Source: Atractiella rhizophila
Lineage: Eukaryota
Direction of reading: 5' to 3'
Assembly: GCA_021432655.1 (NCBI GenBank)
Contig: MU271241.1
Span: 31,988-95,987 of the forward strand
Length of the DNA stretch: 64,000 nucleotides
Positions 48,081 through 63,464 of the stretch are shown piece by piece (positions within the stretch are counted from its first letter, which is position 1; each line of letters opens with the position of its first letter). Under the pieces are notes generated by a model that saw nothing but the letters and a program-made list of their open reading frames with translations, had not been told where the DNA came from and did not search any database. The position numbers and the translations under genes were made by a program.

Positions 48081-50161
48081 TTAAACTCGTCTCTCAGTCA
48101 GCTTGACATGAAGTGGCCCTAGAACAGTGATTATGAAGTCTAACTGAGCCCCTCAAAGTCTTCAAAGCCGCCCCCTGATACGACCTCCATGTCGAATGCC
48201 CGCACTAGAGTAGAAACTACAATACGCTGCTCTTCCATTGCCACATTCTTTCCAACACAGTTCATGGGGCCGTACTAGTCTTTGGTGAGCATGCACGTCA
48301 AAGGAGAGAAGTAGCTGCTTACGCTGAACGGGAAGAAAGCCTGAGTGTTGAATATTTCCTGAGAATGGAAAATTCAATGAGTTTCCTATAGGAAAGAGAA
48401 AGTCTTACTTCCTTTTCTGGATGCAGCCATCTCTCGGGTCGAAATTCGGTTGCCCCAGGGCTAAAGAACTTCGGATTTCGATGCATAGTCCAAGCAGGAA
48501 CCGAAACCGTTGTTCCTTCGGGCAGATACTTTCCACAGATGACCCTTCCTCCGGCTGGAATTTCACGCGGCTGACCACTCTTCAAAGGAGGGGCAAGGCG
48601 GAGTGTCTCGTTGATGTATGCTTCCAGGACGGCACAAGATGCGAGCACTCGTGCTGGGAGTGGATCAGAACCTGGTACACCGTTTTCTGCGTAGAGGCGG
48701 TCGATCGCTTCTTGAAGAACTTTGTACTTGTCTGGTGACTGGAGAAGGAAATAGAATAAGCAACCTAACGATCCTTGAGTTGTGTCGGCGCCTGATTACG
48801 CTTAGTTAGGGCATCACTACAAGTCAGAGAATGCAGCATACCAGCTATCATCAGAAGGAGAGCGTCTCGAGTGAACACTGGAAGCATTTTCTCGAATTCA
48901 AGGTTCTCCTGGTCTGCTAACTGCAGAAGCTGTCAGTTTGCGATATTACACTCGCGTGGAAAACTTGCAATGAAATGAAAAATGTCTTTCGTCTCCTTCC
49001 TCTGAAACCGTTCACGAAGCTTCTGGCTGACATACATGAACATTTCCTGCTGAACCTTCCTCCCTTTAGTTTCACTAAGAAATATAAGCCAATCTGGTAT
49101 CTTGCGAAGACTGTGGGGGATCATAGTTGGCACTTAGCATCAATGGGAATCTTCTGACATAAAGACCTACACTGCATTTGCTTTAGCAGCTTTCTCCAAA
49201 CGACCCCAAAAGCCTTCTTCGTCTCCTTGATCTTGCATCTGTTTGAACTGGAACCCAGAGAGATCCCCCATGACATCACAAGCAAAGGCTTTGATCCATT
49301 TGGTCAGATCCACCGGTCCATCCTTCGCCTTTGCTTTGAGCAGAGGCATCAGCTCAGCAATTCGACTTTCGAAAACGGTATTGTAATCTTTCAACGCATC
49401 CGTCGTAAAACCTTTCGCCCATTCGCGTCGCCGCAATGCATGATGATCTGGGTCTTTGATGTTGATCAGACTCGGTTCGTATCCTGCGCCATCAATATCT
49501 GTTAGGCGTTCTCCCAAAATATATAAGCCTTAGACGCAACTCCTCGCGCCCCCGTGTACTGGCGTGACTTCGGGAGGTTTGAGTTCCCTCCGAGAATGTC
49601 GACCACAGCATCCTGGTGTACTACGAGAACTTCGTTTGGCCCTACACTCAAGTCAGTTGATTCAGACAGATAGGTCCAGGCCTTCCCACCAATTCTAACA
49701 AAAGGGGAGTCGTAGGCCTTGTAGAGTCCTTCTTCATCCAGAAAATGCTTCCCTTTATAAAAGCTGACTGCAGACCAGAGCTGCGAAATCTTGCATATAA
49801 GTGGTCCAGGGATGTCACGCAGAGGATGGAAGAAGACTCGGTAAACGGTGATGCTGGTTGACAAGCTGAGGAGAAAGAGAACAGACAGCTGGAGAGACTG
49901 GAGCAAGGCTTGAATAAATAAGGTGAGGTATCCTGACAAGGAGGAAGGACGGGAAGCTGTGGAGTAGAGGAGAAACACGAAGAGGAGAATCTGGCCGCTC
50001 CCAAGAGTTTTGAGAAAGGACAGAACTGTCGGTTCTCGGTTCTTAAAGATGAGATGAGATGTCTAAAACGAAAGTGGGGACTCTAAGGCATGAACTTGAT
50101 GCAGGGAGACTTGTCGTACAAAGCCTGCAACTACTGCCCACAACCCAAAGTTTTTCTCCAT
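48081..50161 (-). pseudogene. Cytochrome P450, apparently damaged (or affected by sequence errors)
   Basis: FFHPLRDIPGP, VRIG|PNE, IAG|ADTT, ETLR, PERW, FFPFS|YGPMNCVG; 1-nt frameshift at 48149-48152 and a TT donor at 49539. Confidence 0.7.
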
Positions 50162-53027
50162 AGCTTCCTTTAGTTGAAGCGATGTGAAGTGGATGCGAGA
50201 CGAGAATGTAGTGAGGTAATTGGGAGCAATGGTCTGACAAGAAGGGGAAGTCGTAGGGAGTTCGATGACAGAAAAGTGTCTGTCTGGACAAGTCTGGCTC
50301 TTGAAATGGATCCCGCAGCTAAATAGGGTGGTGATAATGGATAACCGGTTGCCAAACTGTGTTGAGGGCGGTGGTCAAGTGAGTGAAGTCACGCGGAGGG
50401 GTAAGTTATCTTTGCGGGACTGGAAGGTTCAGATTCACAGGCTCACTCTCGCCACACCACGCAAAATCCTCCCACGGCTTGGAGAGAGGGGAAGTGGTGA
50501 AGTTAGCTCCTCTTCATGTAAATTAAAACGAGACATCCTAAGTGACCTTGGAGGGTATCCGCTCTTCCCGCGCGGTGCTACCATCACTAACCTTGCCGGG
50601 AAAGCTTCGGAAACGGAGGCTTAACGAGGGCTTTTGCTCTCAAACTGCAAATACTGGGGAATACACAAGACTTCTTCACTACGCCTGCACAAGCGTCACA
50701 ATAGTCTGCGCGGTCTCCTTCCAGCTTGCACCATGTCCCCGTTTCAAAGTTTCATTCGTGTTCAATGGGTCTTTGTTAGGCATAGTCTTAAGGTTCCTGT
50801 GTCATAATGTGATGTCCTCAGTAGGTGATTGCAAGGGTACCAGCTTTTCTAACCATCCTGCAGGATTGACACCGTGAAGCAGGAGATGAGGCATTCACCA
50901 ACAACCCACAACACCTGCAGTGTACCGTACGCCACAAACACATCTAGGTTCTCGATTCCTCAATTTAAAAGATTCTCGACAAGCAGCAACATCAATGGCT
51001 GGATTGTAAGGGTCCTGGAGCAAGGAATGCATCTTCCCTACACTACAATCCACAACATGATGGAGTACGCACCACAAGTGATGCTTCATGTTTGACACAA
51101 TCCAGATAGCACGAATTACGCATCTGCGTCGTCAGACGCTACACACCCTCAGGTGGTAGCTTGGAGGTTAGTGGATCGATTTGTTTATGTGGACGAGTAT
51201 GGCCCCGAACCGTGTTTGGCTTTGACTTACTTTGGCAAGAAGGCCGGTACAACATAAATAGCTCTCTGCGCCAATTTTTTCAATTTCAACCACCAGCAGC
51301 CCTCTGGCTTCAAGTTATGTATGCGTTTGAGGTAAGGACTTTAGTGCTTTCAGCGTGAAAGAGCAAAGAAGACAAACGAACGTATCGATATCAAACTAGA
51401 GTATCTGATTTTCGCGAAACATGATTTTTAATCTTCTCACTGAGCTCTATCCAAAAAATTTTCTCATCAAATGTGGTTCAAGCTGATTGTGATTTGATGG
51501 GAAGGCTTTGCTGGTCTGATTGCAGAATGTTTCTTGAGGTGAGTTCTTTTCCTTTCCTAGACGGGTTGTGATGATAAAAAACAAACAATATGGAATTACC
51601 GGAAGAGACTGTTCTACTCGACAGTTGATGCTTAAAATTGGCGGCTATTTCTGAACCCTTGTTTATGCCATGACGTGAAGCGACGCTGAAGCTGACAATT
51701 CTCTAACTAGGTCTTCCACTTGGCTCGATGTGTTCCTATGGACTAAAAAGTGAACATTTTATTCATCATTTTCGATTGCAAGCGGGACGAGAAGGGTTAT
51801 AAATGATGATTACTTCTAATTCACGACGGTCTGCTAACGCCCTAGGAAAGCGGATGCTTAAACTGCCCGCCACTAAACCATTTTTCGGGCTTACTCTGAT
51901 CAACCCTTCTCGTTCCTTATTGTAACTTGGTATGATGTACGGAGAGAATGAGACTGACTGGTTTCTTGTGCAGGTTGTATATTTTCCATCTCTAAATGTT
52001 GTAAATCGATGAATGTTTCCATTTGAATAGTACTTTGTACTTCATTTGCCCTTAAGCATTCCCCTGCGGCGAACGTCGATGTTTTGTTAAGCCCGCCTGT
52101 GGAGCATTGAAGCTGGAGAATGAATAGTCTGAAACGTCGTCGTTGACTCCTTCCCATCAGTACATCAAAGGCTGTTCAACATTTGATATCCAATAAAGCA
52201 GAATAGACCGTGATTGCGTGGTCTTTTCCAGCAGGTGAGATCAATCTGCGGTTCGAATTGCGAAGGGCCTGTTTACAATAAACAAGTTTGGAATTTGCGT
52301 AAACTTGGCATTACCACTGATCCATATACGGGATACGGAAAGACTGTATCATCACGACCATTACATTATTACCCTCCTCGTAGACCAAGACCCTGTCTGC
52401 TTTCTGGAGTTTAGCATCTTTCGTCTTGGGAGACAAGTCGACAGTAATGGGAGGTTCAGACTCCGTGAGTTAGCAGCCTTTATGTGGTCCAGACGGCGTA
52501 GTGCAGGCACCAAGCACCATTCGCCAGTCCGCCATTCTGTCGATTCTTTCGAACATTATGATCTTTGACCGTTTACATCCATGAGATGTGGAGGACTTTC
52601 AATGTCGAAAGAGTGGCAAGCTTTGATTATGATTACTGAGTTGCTAGATGCAGCTTTGATGGCAGCGATTGAATACAATACAGTTCAGTTTACCAACTAA
52701 CCCATGTCGTTTCCAGAAAGATTTGTGATTCGACGTTCAAGCAGAGCAAGTACAATTAGGCGGTAAGAGATGGAAGAACGTACCTTACCCATATGTTGAA
52801 TAGTTGTGAGGATCGTACGTTTACCTTAGGTTCCTTATTGTAGAATCGAGTCGAAGGTTTGAATATTTGAATGTTCATCAGATGTACAGTATGCAACTGT
52901 CATTCAACTGAACTGAGACACAATGTGATTCGAACAAGCGCATTATGGGTATAAGGATACAACATCATCACGAAGAACACGAACTTCGAAAGTACAAACC
53001 GGGTTCCACCAAGTCGAGTCCATCCGA

Positions 53028-54841
<1,814 letters not shown>

Positions 54842-54923
54842 CGTCGTTTATTGCTGGCATCTGCTTACAGCTTGTTGTCGCGAATGCGGCGGAAACGTGA
54901 CTCTACAGGGCATAAACGACGAA

Positions 54924-57900
54924 ATGGACATTTCACGCCATCCTATCTTTTCTCTGCCTCTAACAGCTTCGCTCGTCGCCCCAGAACCCTCGACCTCTTC
55001 GCTACCACGTCGAACTACTGCTTTGGTGAGGACTTCAGATTTGCTCGTAGCCTGCGAAAACACAATCCGTCTCGCCAACCTCGCAGAGTTCAAATCCTTT
55101 GTCGATTCTGGTGAAAATCCTCAAAATGCCAAATATTCGGAGCTGAAGTTCCTGAAAAGGGACGGGAATCTGGAGAAGAGCGAAGGGGAGGTGAAGGAAT
55201 TGAAGGAGAGCGAGAAGTTCGAGATATTGCAAGTGGTTCCAAGTCAAAATGAAAGGCTAGTTGCTGTGGTGGGCAAGAGACAGGTTGGTGTCTTTGTGCT
55301 TCCTAGAAAAGGGTGGAACGCGACCGCAGGTCAAGAAGTTGCTGTCAAGTGCGTCCACGTTTTGTTCAGCTGCAGTGTAGGTGCTGAACGAGAATTAGCT
55401 ACTACCCTATCGCTCCCCTGAACCATTCTTCCTCATCAGCGGTGATAACGAGTGCGCAATGGCATCCTCACTCTCTCGCAAACGCTACTCTCCTCGTTCT
55501 CACAGTCGACGGTTTGTTGAGGGAATACGACCTCCTCACCGACATTTCTGAGGAGGCTCAAGTTGTGGATTTCAACGCAAATCAATGCATCAAACGGTTC
55601 CCTACGCCTGCGGATGAGGGAGAAGGATTTCGAGATGATCCAGGAGCTCGCGAGGCCGTCAGTTTCTGTTTCGGAGAGGGAGAGGGGGATTGGGGTCGCT
55701 TAACAGTTTATGGACTGATGAGGAACGGGGACCTGTATGGTGTATGCCCTTATATTCCGCGAAACGCGTGCGTCCTCTCCGTTCCTCATGGCAGCTTCTG
55801 TTGACTTCGTTGTGCAGAGTACTGGATGCAGTTTTCGTCAAAACTCTCGCGGTGGTTGCCAACGAGAAGTGGAATCTTGCGTCCACCTTTTTAGATCCTC
55901 CACCAGAACCGTCGTCTTCGTCTGATGAAGAGTCCCCAACATTGAAACGTGCTCTATCCCGTTCACTGTCCTCCTCCACTCGCAAATCACCGCACCGTCC
56001 ACGAGGACCACGACTGCGTCTACAAAACGAAATCGAGGCACATTATCGGCTGCAGGTCAAGTATGTACGGGAGCTGCAGCGACAAATTGATGTCCAGCTT
56101 CAATCGACACAGTCTCCCTCGAAGACAAAGGGAAAGGGAAAAGGCAAAGAAGACGACTTATTTAACGTGCATCCTCCATCTGAAGAACACATCCATTCCG
56201 TAGCCGTCCGCCAAGGTCCATTCCTCCTCCAACCTTCTCCTCCAGAGTTGGACGACGAAGAGCCGGAGAGTGCGGCTTGCGAAGTCACGTATCTGTCATA
56301 TGCGGAGGAAGGAACAGGCAATGCTACTGGCGTATTTCTGATGAGCTGGAAAGATGGTCGCGTGGACATCTGCCTTGAAGTTGACAAATTGGAGCCAAAG
56401 TGGAACTTTGGGCGTCGTGGTCGGAGTAGAGTTGAAAAGACATCTGATCTACCAGTATTGGCGGTCTGGGAATCAGTGGATCTTGGTCTTCGAAACGGTA
56501 GTCCGAAAGCGAAGCCGGATGGGGGAGAGGGACCAGTTCAGACTTCGTGGAGCTCGTTTATGAGGGATCCAATGTATCCAGATGAAACGATCTATGTCTA
56601 TCATTCCTTTGGAGTTCACCAACTCGCAATGGGAGATTGGCTTTCGAAGGTTTGGAATGTGTCGAACTTACAAGACGTCAATTCGAAAGGAACGGCCTGG
56701 GAGCGATTGTTAAGGGAAGGGAAGGGAAGCGCAGTGAAATGGATTGTCAATACGTACGTAACATCCCTGTTGCTTCTGTAATGCGTGGATTAAAGTGCAG
56801 ACGGTAGCTGTGGAGCTGACGGTTGGATCCCAATATGAGGAGTGTCAATATCGAACGACGTCTATTTAGGCTACTCCATGCTTTGCACCACTGCGCTGCT
56901 CCAGACCCTGTCCATCCCCATGTCTCTCAAGATTGATCCCTCCACAGTATCCGGACCTACTTCATCAACCTATACTCAATCGAAAGAGTTTCTCAAGTCA
57001 CTGCCACCTAAAAAGGGGATCACGCTTGCAGATGGAAAGACACAAGTGAAGGAATACGACAGCCTCCTAAAAGACGAACCTTTCAAAGTGCCGGCCTGTT
57101 TCTCGACTGCTGCCTCTCAATCGTCGGCACTCGAGAAAAGGAAAATGGAGCAACCACTCGTTGTTAATGCAGAAGCGCTCAAATTTCTCGGCACCACCGT
57201 CGGCGCTTTACGACAAAGTGTACGGGAGGTGTTTGCTGGCGGAGACACGCTTCAAGAGCGTCTGAAGCTGCAAGTCAAAGAACTGCACCGGCAGTTAGAG
57301 CGCGTCGCCGAGGTCGAAAGTATGAAGGAGAGGAACGTATCACGCTACAAAGGGAACGAGAAAAAGCTCGTGACGCTGAGGGAGAAGCAGACACAGCTGG
57401 AGGAGAGACTAGACAAGATTTTGGTCAAGTTGTCTGACGGAGGAGCGGAGGGTAATGGGTTGGAAATTAGCGAGAGGGAGAGGGAATGGATTAACGAGCT
57501 AGACAGGATGAAACAGAAAGTGGAGGGCAAAGGAGAGGACGAGAGCGCAAGGGGTCTAAAGAGTCGACTAGATGCGGTACGTCCTTCAGTACAGCGTACA
57601 GCTGCACTGCATGTTAAGCATAACTTGGCAGATAACGCACCAGCTCTCAGTTCTCAAACCGGAAATCGAATTGCTTCATCCATCCAAATCACAACCGCAA
57701 ATCAACGGCGCCTCTCCCAAATTCTCGCTGGCTGTCAATGGTGCCAAATCATACGCAGAAAGGGCACGTCAGAGCGAGATCAACAGGGCTTCAGAACGAC
57801 CCGTTCTTGGGCAAATCCAGCTTCGATTCATGAGCTCTAAGCTACAGGACGAAACCAAACTGCTCAAGGAGGTAACGGAAAATGCAATACGTGTCGAGTC

Positions 57901-57943
57901 GTTGGTGGAGGAAGCGAGAAAGGCTAGCAACGGCGTTGCTTGA
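54924..57943 (+). CDS. NUP82: Nucleoporin Nup82/Nup88-like
   Basis: Beta-propeller signatures (VAVVGKRQVGVFVLP, AQWHPHS..ATLLVLTVDGLLREYDL, DWGRLTVYGLMRNGDLYGVCP), QGPFLLQPSP and a C-terminal coiled coil. Confidence 0.85.
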
Positions 57944-58253
57944 AATCCAGTCTGTTTGGAGTGCAATATACCTCTGCTTCTATCTCTGAGCATAATGTCA
58001 GGACAGCTTGTTATCTCTACAGTATCCTGTTCCCATCATCTAGGTTCTCGTCATGGCAGAGCGGAGGTTCGTCAGCCAAGCTGCCCAGATTTATGGCTCA
58101 CCCATTAGGCCGATTAGGTTTGGCTTGTCCAATCCAGGTTCAAGAATTAAAACTGCCACTCAAGTTCTCCCACCTCGTCGCAGGCCCAAAAGCGGTGTTT
58201 ACACCTCTTCAGGGTCACCAATACTCTGTCCCTTTGTACCTTCTAACAATAAA

Positions 58254-60821
58254 ATGGCGCCGATACTCGTACTTGTTAAGACTGTGGTCTTTGCCATTCT
58301 CGAGGTATGATGTATGAATCTTGCACACGTTCATGATGCTAACTACCGAAATGCAACAGGTCTTCATCCTCTGCGTTCGTTCCCTACAACCTCTCAGATC
58401 CCTATCCTCGACTGAAGATGTGGCGGTCAGACCGTTGGGTACTTTCTTTCGAGACAGGGAATCGTGGACGATAGGATGAAGAAGGGGCTTAACAAAATTA
58501 ATGTCTCCCTATTTACTCCCGCACTGCTGTTTAGCAAGGTGGCTTTCTCGTTAAGCCCGCAGAAACTCGTGGAGCTCTGGATTGTAGGTCTCTTGCTTTC
58601 TTTATTGCAAACGGGCTGGAGACGGCGTTGACGCCGACGGAGTGCGCCTGGACACTTCCGGAGCTCAACCTGCCAAGGGCTAATTCCTGCAATGGATGGC
58701 TCTATATTTACTATCTTCTGACAGGTCCCAGTTGGTTTCGTCATCGTAACCGCCGTGTCGATGGGTATAGCCTTCATATTGGGTATGCTCTGGTTTGACT
58801 CCTTACACGGGCTGTTGATTAATTCTCCTCTCACAGGACCCATATTCCGTCTGCAAAAGTCTCAAACTGCGTTTGCAATGGCTTGTGCAGCCTTTGGCAA
58901 TTCTAACTCGCTTCCCATCGCTCTCATGCAAAGTCTAGTAGCAACAGTTCCAGGGCTCAAATGGGGCGACGACGACTCGAAGGACCAGGTTGGTCCTCCT
59001 ATCCCTATTCAGTTAAAAATAGAGGATCAAGTGATGTTTAAATGAATCGTATTGATGGCAGATGCTCGGTCGTGCACTTTCCTACCTCGTCCTCTACTCC
59101 ACACTGGGTATCATTCTCCGTTGGTCTATCGGCGTGCGCTTGCTGTCTCAAGCTGGGGATGGAGGACCTGGACCCGTTCCCGCTTCTGGGTCGGAACAGG
59201 CCGAAGGGGTTCGAACGACAACAATCCTCTCTGGCGAGCGGACAACCGTGACTCAGGAACCCGAACCTCTGACTGCGGGCTCGCTGCGTACACAATCGCT
59301 ACCTTTCTCAACTCAAGAGGAACGCGAACCCCTGCTGAACGAAGAAGATAGAGAGGAAACATCGAGAAAGAAGATCATAAAGAAGATCACAAGCACGTCT
59401 ACGAGTCCCACCGCTGTTTCAGATGAAGGGGATGCTGAGGAAGTGAGTCCGACGGGGAAGAAATTGAGAGGAGAGAGAAGTGTGGAGTCCCTTAGAAGAG
59501 GGAAAAAGAAGAAGAGCCGTCCCAATCTTCGAGCTGAAGGTCCCCCTGGCCTATTCTATTCTTTCCCCAACACCCCTGCAAACGGAATGACGCCTGCAGC
59601 CTCCAATGCCTCGTCTATTTACGAGACCGAACCGGACTTGTCGAATAATGAGGAAACGGATAGCGAGGATGATAGAAGTGTAGAGGAGGATGAGGATATT
59701 GACGAAGTGTGGGGTGTGCCAAGGTCGAGGAGAAGGCTGGCGCCAGATAATCCGTTCAATGATTATGGAAGTCGGGCTAGTATGGATGGAAGGAGAAAGA
59801 CGAAGTGGGAGATCAGGAAGGAGCAGTTCGCAGAGAGGTGGAAGGGATTCAGGATGTGGCTATTCACCTGGGTTGGACATCCGTTGGCGAAGGTGTGGAA
59901 GGGTTTTGTTGGTTTCATGACTGTCCCATTGGTGTGTAGTCTTCCGCTTCCTTCTGAGTCTCGGTCTAACGTCAGAAACACAGTGGGCTGCGCTCGCAAG
60001 TATTGTTGTCGCGTGCATTCCACCATTCCAGCATTTCCTTATCGACCATTTCCCACCTGTTAAAGAGTGAGTCCTCCTCTGTCTGTAGCGCAAATCTGAT
60101 GTGACGAATAGTGCTCTCCGTTCAGCTGGAAATTGTTCAGTGCCAGTGACATTGGTCACTCTGGGCGCATATTTCTATCGCCCTCCACCTAAAGAGCTGG
60201 CCACCAGCGCGTCCAACATTCCCAGCACAACAGCAACTGCATTACCCCCTTCGCAACCCGCACCTATTCGAAGACCGACATTTACGAAACGATTATCAAT
60301 CAACAACCGTCCGAAGCTTTCGTTCGCGTTACCGAGACAGTTTGGGCAGAACAGGAGTATGACGACTGCCAGCACACGTGAAAGGAAGGAGGAGAAGCGG
60401 GTGGAAATGCAGGAGTGGAGGACTATCTTTGTCGCCATTCTTGTCAGGATGGTCCTGGTACCAGCTCTTCTCCTACCACTTCTTGCTTGGTATTGCATCA
60501 AGACTGGTGGCATGAATGACGATCCTGTATTCGTCGTTACCGCTGCCCTCATTATCGGCTCTCCACCTGCAATTACGCTCGGTTCGTGCCCTTTTTTAAT
60601 CTGGAAAATAATACTGAATGTCTGGCGGACAGCACAAATCACCTCCGCCGCTTCAGGCGACGTTTTTGAGCGCATGATATCGAAGACTCTCTTCATCTCG
60701 TACGCGTTCATAACGTAAGTGCTGCCTTCATTCTCTGCTCAGGCATTCACCACCATCTTTTAGGCCACCAACAACGATTGCTCTCGTGACAGTCGGACTA
60801 TGGATCGACTCATTCCAATAA
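58254..60821 (+). CDS. Auxin-efflux-carrier (AEC/Mem_trans) family membrane transporter
   Basis: LNKINVSLFTPALLFSKVAFSL, FGNSNSLPIALMQSL, GRALSYLVLYSTLG, GNCSVPVTLVTLGAYF, DDPVF, PPAITL; 15-nt micro-exon at 58360-58374. Confidence 0.95.
58584..58724 (+). promoter_or_regulatory. Candidate structured cis-regulatory RNA within intron 3 of the AEC transporter
   Basis: 141-nt intron with five complementary stem pairs found by eye; the probable branch point CTAAT lies in a hairpin loop. Confidence 0.45.
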
Positions 60822-61280
60822 ATACACAAACGATGGCCCTTTGACTAATGATAGGAGTTCATACCAATTGTCTCGTTCGAGCTTTATTTCGTACCTGTGT
60901 ATGAATAGGGATAGATTTGGCGACCAGTGTTCTGGTGGTAGTGATTTATGTTCGTGTGCAATGATGGAATAGACAATATCCCTTTATCTCGTCCTTTCCT
61001 TCAGCATGTATGCTTGAATCCTCCTTATCGCCTGAAACGTATGTCCACCGCTGAAGGGGTCAAAGATTTCTTTGATTTGAGTTAGCAGAAGAGAAGTTTG
61101 AATGTTTCCTGTAATGTGAACCGCAGCAACGCCTATCGCAGATTATTGGTTCCCGAGACCCAAAAGAGCGGAATATGGGCTCTTTATGCGGGCCCTACCG
61201 CGGGCCCTGCTTACTACAAAAATAAAGCACGCCACAACCATCCTGGATTTCACCATCGATAAAGTCATATAATACAAAGC

Positions 61281-63101
61281 ATGGCAACAACAACAAAGGA
61301 CCTGTCTCCATCCGTTCATTCGGGCTTAAAAAGTAGTGGGTGCTTTGGATTTCTGAAGATCATAAAAAAATTGGGGCATGGGAGGTCAAAGAGGAGCGAC
61401 GCTGCTATCAGTGTCGATAAACACGCGGGAGACCACTCCAGCTCTTTCGCTTCTCAGGAACATGAAGACGACGCCGCTTTGGACGAGAAGAAAGCGTCTT
61501 TGAATGCGCCTCATCCATCAACTCAAGATTTCGAAATTTTCGCTGCCTCTTATCCTTCTTATCAATCTCAAATTCTCGATGCTCTGAGGCTTTCGGACTT
61601 CTCCCGCTTGGATGCTCAGAACTCGACCTACGTCGATTACACCGGTTCTGCTCTCTATCCAGCTTCCTTGATCAGTTTCTACACCTCCCAGTTGCAGGAT
61701 GGGGTTTTCGGCAACCCGCATTCTACCAATCCTGCGAGCATGGCTGCTTCTGCTGCGACAAAGACTGCGAAGGATGCTCTACTGGACTTTTTGGACGCGG
61801 ACAAGCAAGAATACGACGTGGTCTGGACACAGAACGCCAGTGGAGCGATGAGGATCATCGGAGAGGGATTTGATTATGGAGAAGGGGGAAGACTTCTCCT
61901 TGGTGTCGACAGCCACAGTTCGTACTCTCTATCTAGCCTAGCTTGGAGAGGTCTGACACTTTTTCACCCTCCTAGACAGTGTGAACGGGATGCGAGCTTT
62001 CGCAGAGAAATCTGGAGCCAAAGTTGATTACCTCTCCTTCAAGAACAACGGCCAGGGTCTATCTCCTCCATCCGTATCCGCGGCGCTCTCATCTTTCTCA
62101 CCAACGACAACGTCTCACGGTTTGTTCGTCCTCACGGGTCAATCGAACGTCACGGGTCTGAAAGCCCCGCTTTCCTTGCTCGCTGCAGCTTCTTCTGCGG
62201 GATACAACACCTTCCTAGACGCTGCGGCGCTGCTTCCAACCTCACGCCTCTCGCTGCGCTCTGTGAAAGGTATCGACGCCCTCTCTCTTTCCGTCTACAA
62301 ACTTTTCGGCTTTCCGACCGGTGTAGGAGCTCTGGTCATCCGTTGCTCCGTTCTCGAAGGCTTGAAGAAGCCTTGGTTTTCTGGTGGCAGCGTGTCCATG
62401 GTCCAAGTCCCTGGAAACGTTGTTACTCTCGAAAAAGGTGCGGAGAGGTTCATGGATGGCACTACGGATTTTCTTTCCATGCTTCCCATTCCCAAAGGTC
62501 TCGATATATTGGCGAGCGTTATGCCGGAGATGGGGAGAAGGCTTCCTACCTTGGTACTTTGGACGGTAGCGCAGATGCAAGAGTTGAAGCATGACAACGG
62601 AGAAGAGCTCGTCGCTGTAAGGAGCCCGAAAATAGGAATCAAGCTCGAGGAGCTGAAGGAGAGGTATGGCGCATTGATCGCCTTCGAAATCCTCGACGAT
62701 GAAGGCAATTTCGTTTCTTCCGATGTTGTGGAATTCGGAGCAGGAAAGCAAGGAATCTGCATCCGCGCCGGATGTATGTGCAATCCAGGTATGTTTTCCT
62801 CATGCTTCTCACCACCTCCTTTGCATACTGATTTTCTTGTGTTTGTGCAGGAGGATCGGCAGTGTTGATGGGCACGGAATTCTTGATGGCTAACATCAAA
62901 CCTGGCGATACCAAGAAGACTGCATTTGCCTCATGCGGCGAGAGAGCGGCTGGGCTCTGCCGAGCAAGTTTTGGAATGTCATCCAACTTTCAAGACGCTT
63001 GGACGCTCATTCAATACCTCAAGACATTGACAGTGAGCGGTAGGATCCAGAGGTTGAGGAACGAGTTCTGGGACAGAGATCGGGAGATCACCGCTTGTTA
63101 A
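61281..63101 (+). CDS. Moco-sulfurase-like PLP enzyme, no MOSC domain, copy 3 (more divergent, apparently intact)
   Basis: YVDYTGSALYP, FGNPHS, H|NSVNGMR, SVYKLFGFPTGVGAL, KKPWFSGGSV, RAGCMCNPG, CRASFG. Confidence 0.93.
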
Positions 63102-63464
63102 TCATCTTCCCGTCATATTTGCAACCTTCTTGAATTTTTGTTTAGGCTACCCTTAGTCGGTTTTTCTTCATTTTTATCGTTGCGCCATCATGCTTAGCTT
63201 ACGAACACGAACACGAATCAGTTTCAACAAAGTCTGAAGCTCAATGAGTTTTCTTTTGAAAGAAGTGTAGTATTATTTTGCAATGGAGTATGCATGGTAC
63301 TTTTGAACATGATTAGTATCTACGCGAACGGCAAAAAAGAGCAATAAACAATGACATGAAAAACGAACAATTCCGAGTGGTGTAAATCGTTATAAGACGT
63401 CTGTAGCAATGTAGGTGATCAAGCGACGGTAGTTTGAAGCACAGAGAAATAACGACACGATAAA

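Noticed and set aside
41303..50161. Secondary-metabolite cluster (AKR, DUF427, P450)
   Set aside because: No backbone enzyme (PKS, NRPS, terpene synthase) in the window, and the P450 looks damaged.
58604..58695. Calling the structured intron a TPP riboswitch, ZTP riboswitch or HDV-like ribozyme
   Set aside because: TPP: UGAU is absent and UGAGA is imperfect and misplaced. ZTP: motif order is wrong. HDV: P1 and P2 would be only 3-4 bp and L3 is non-canonical.
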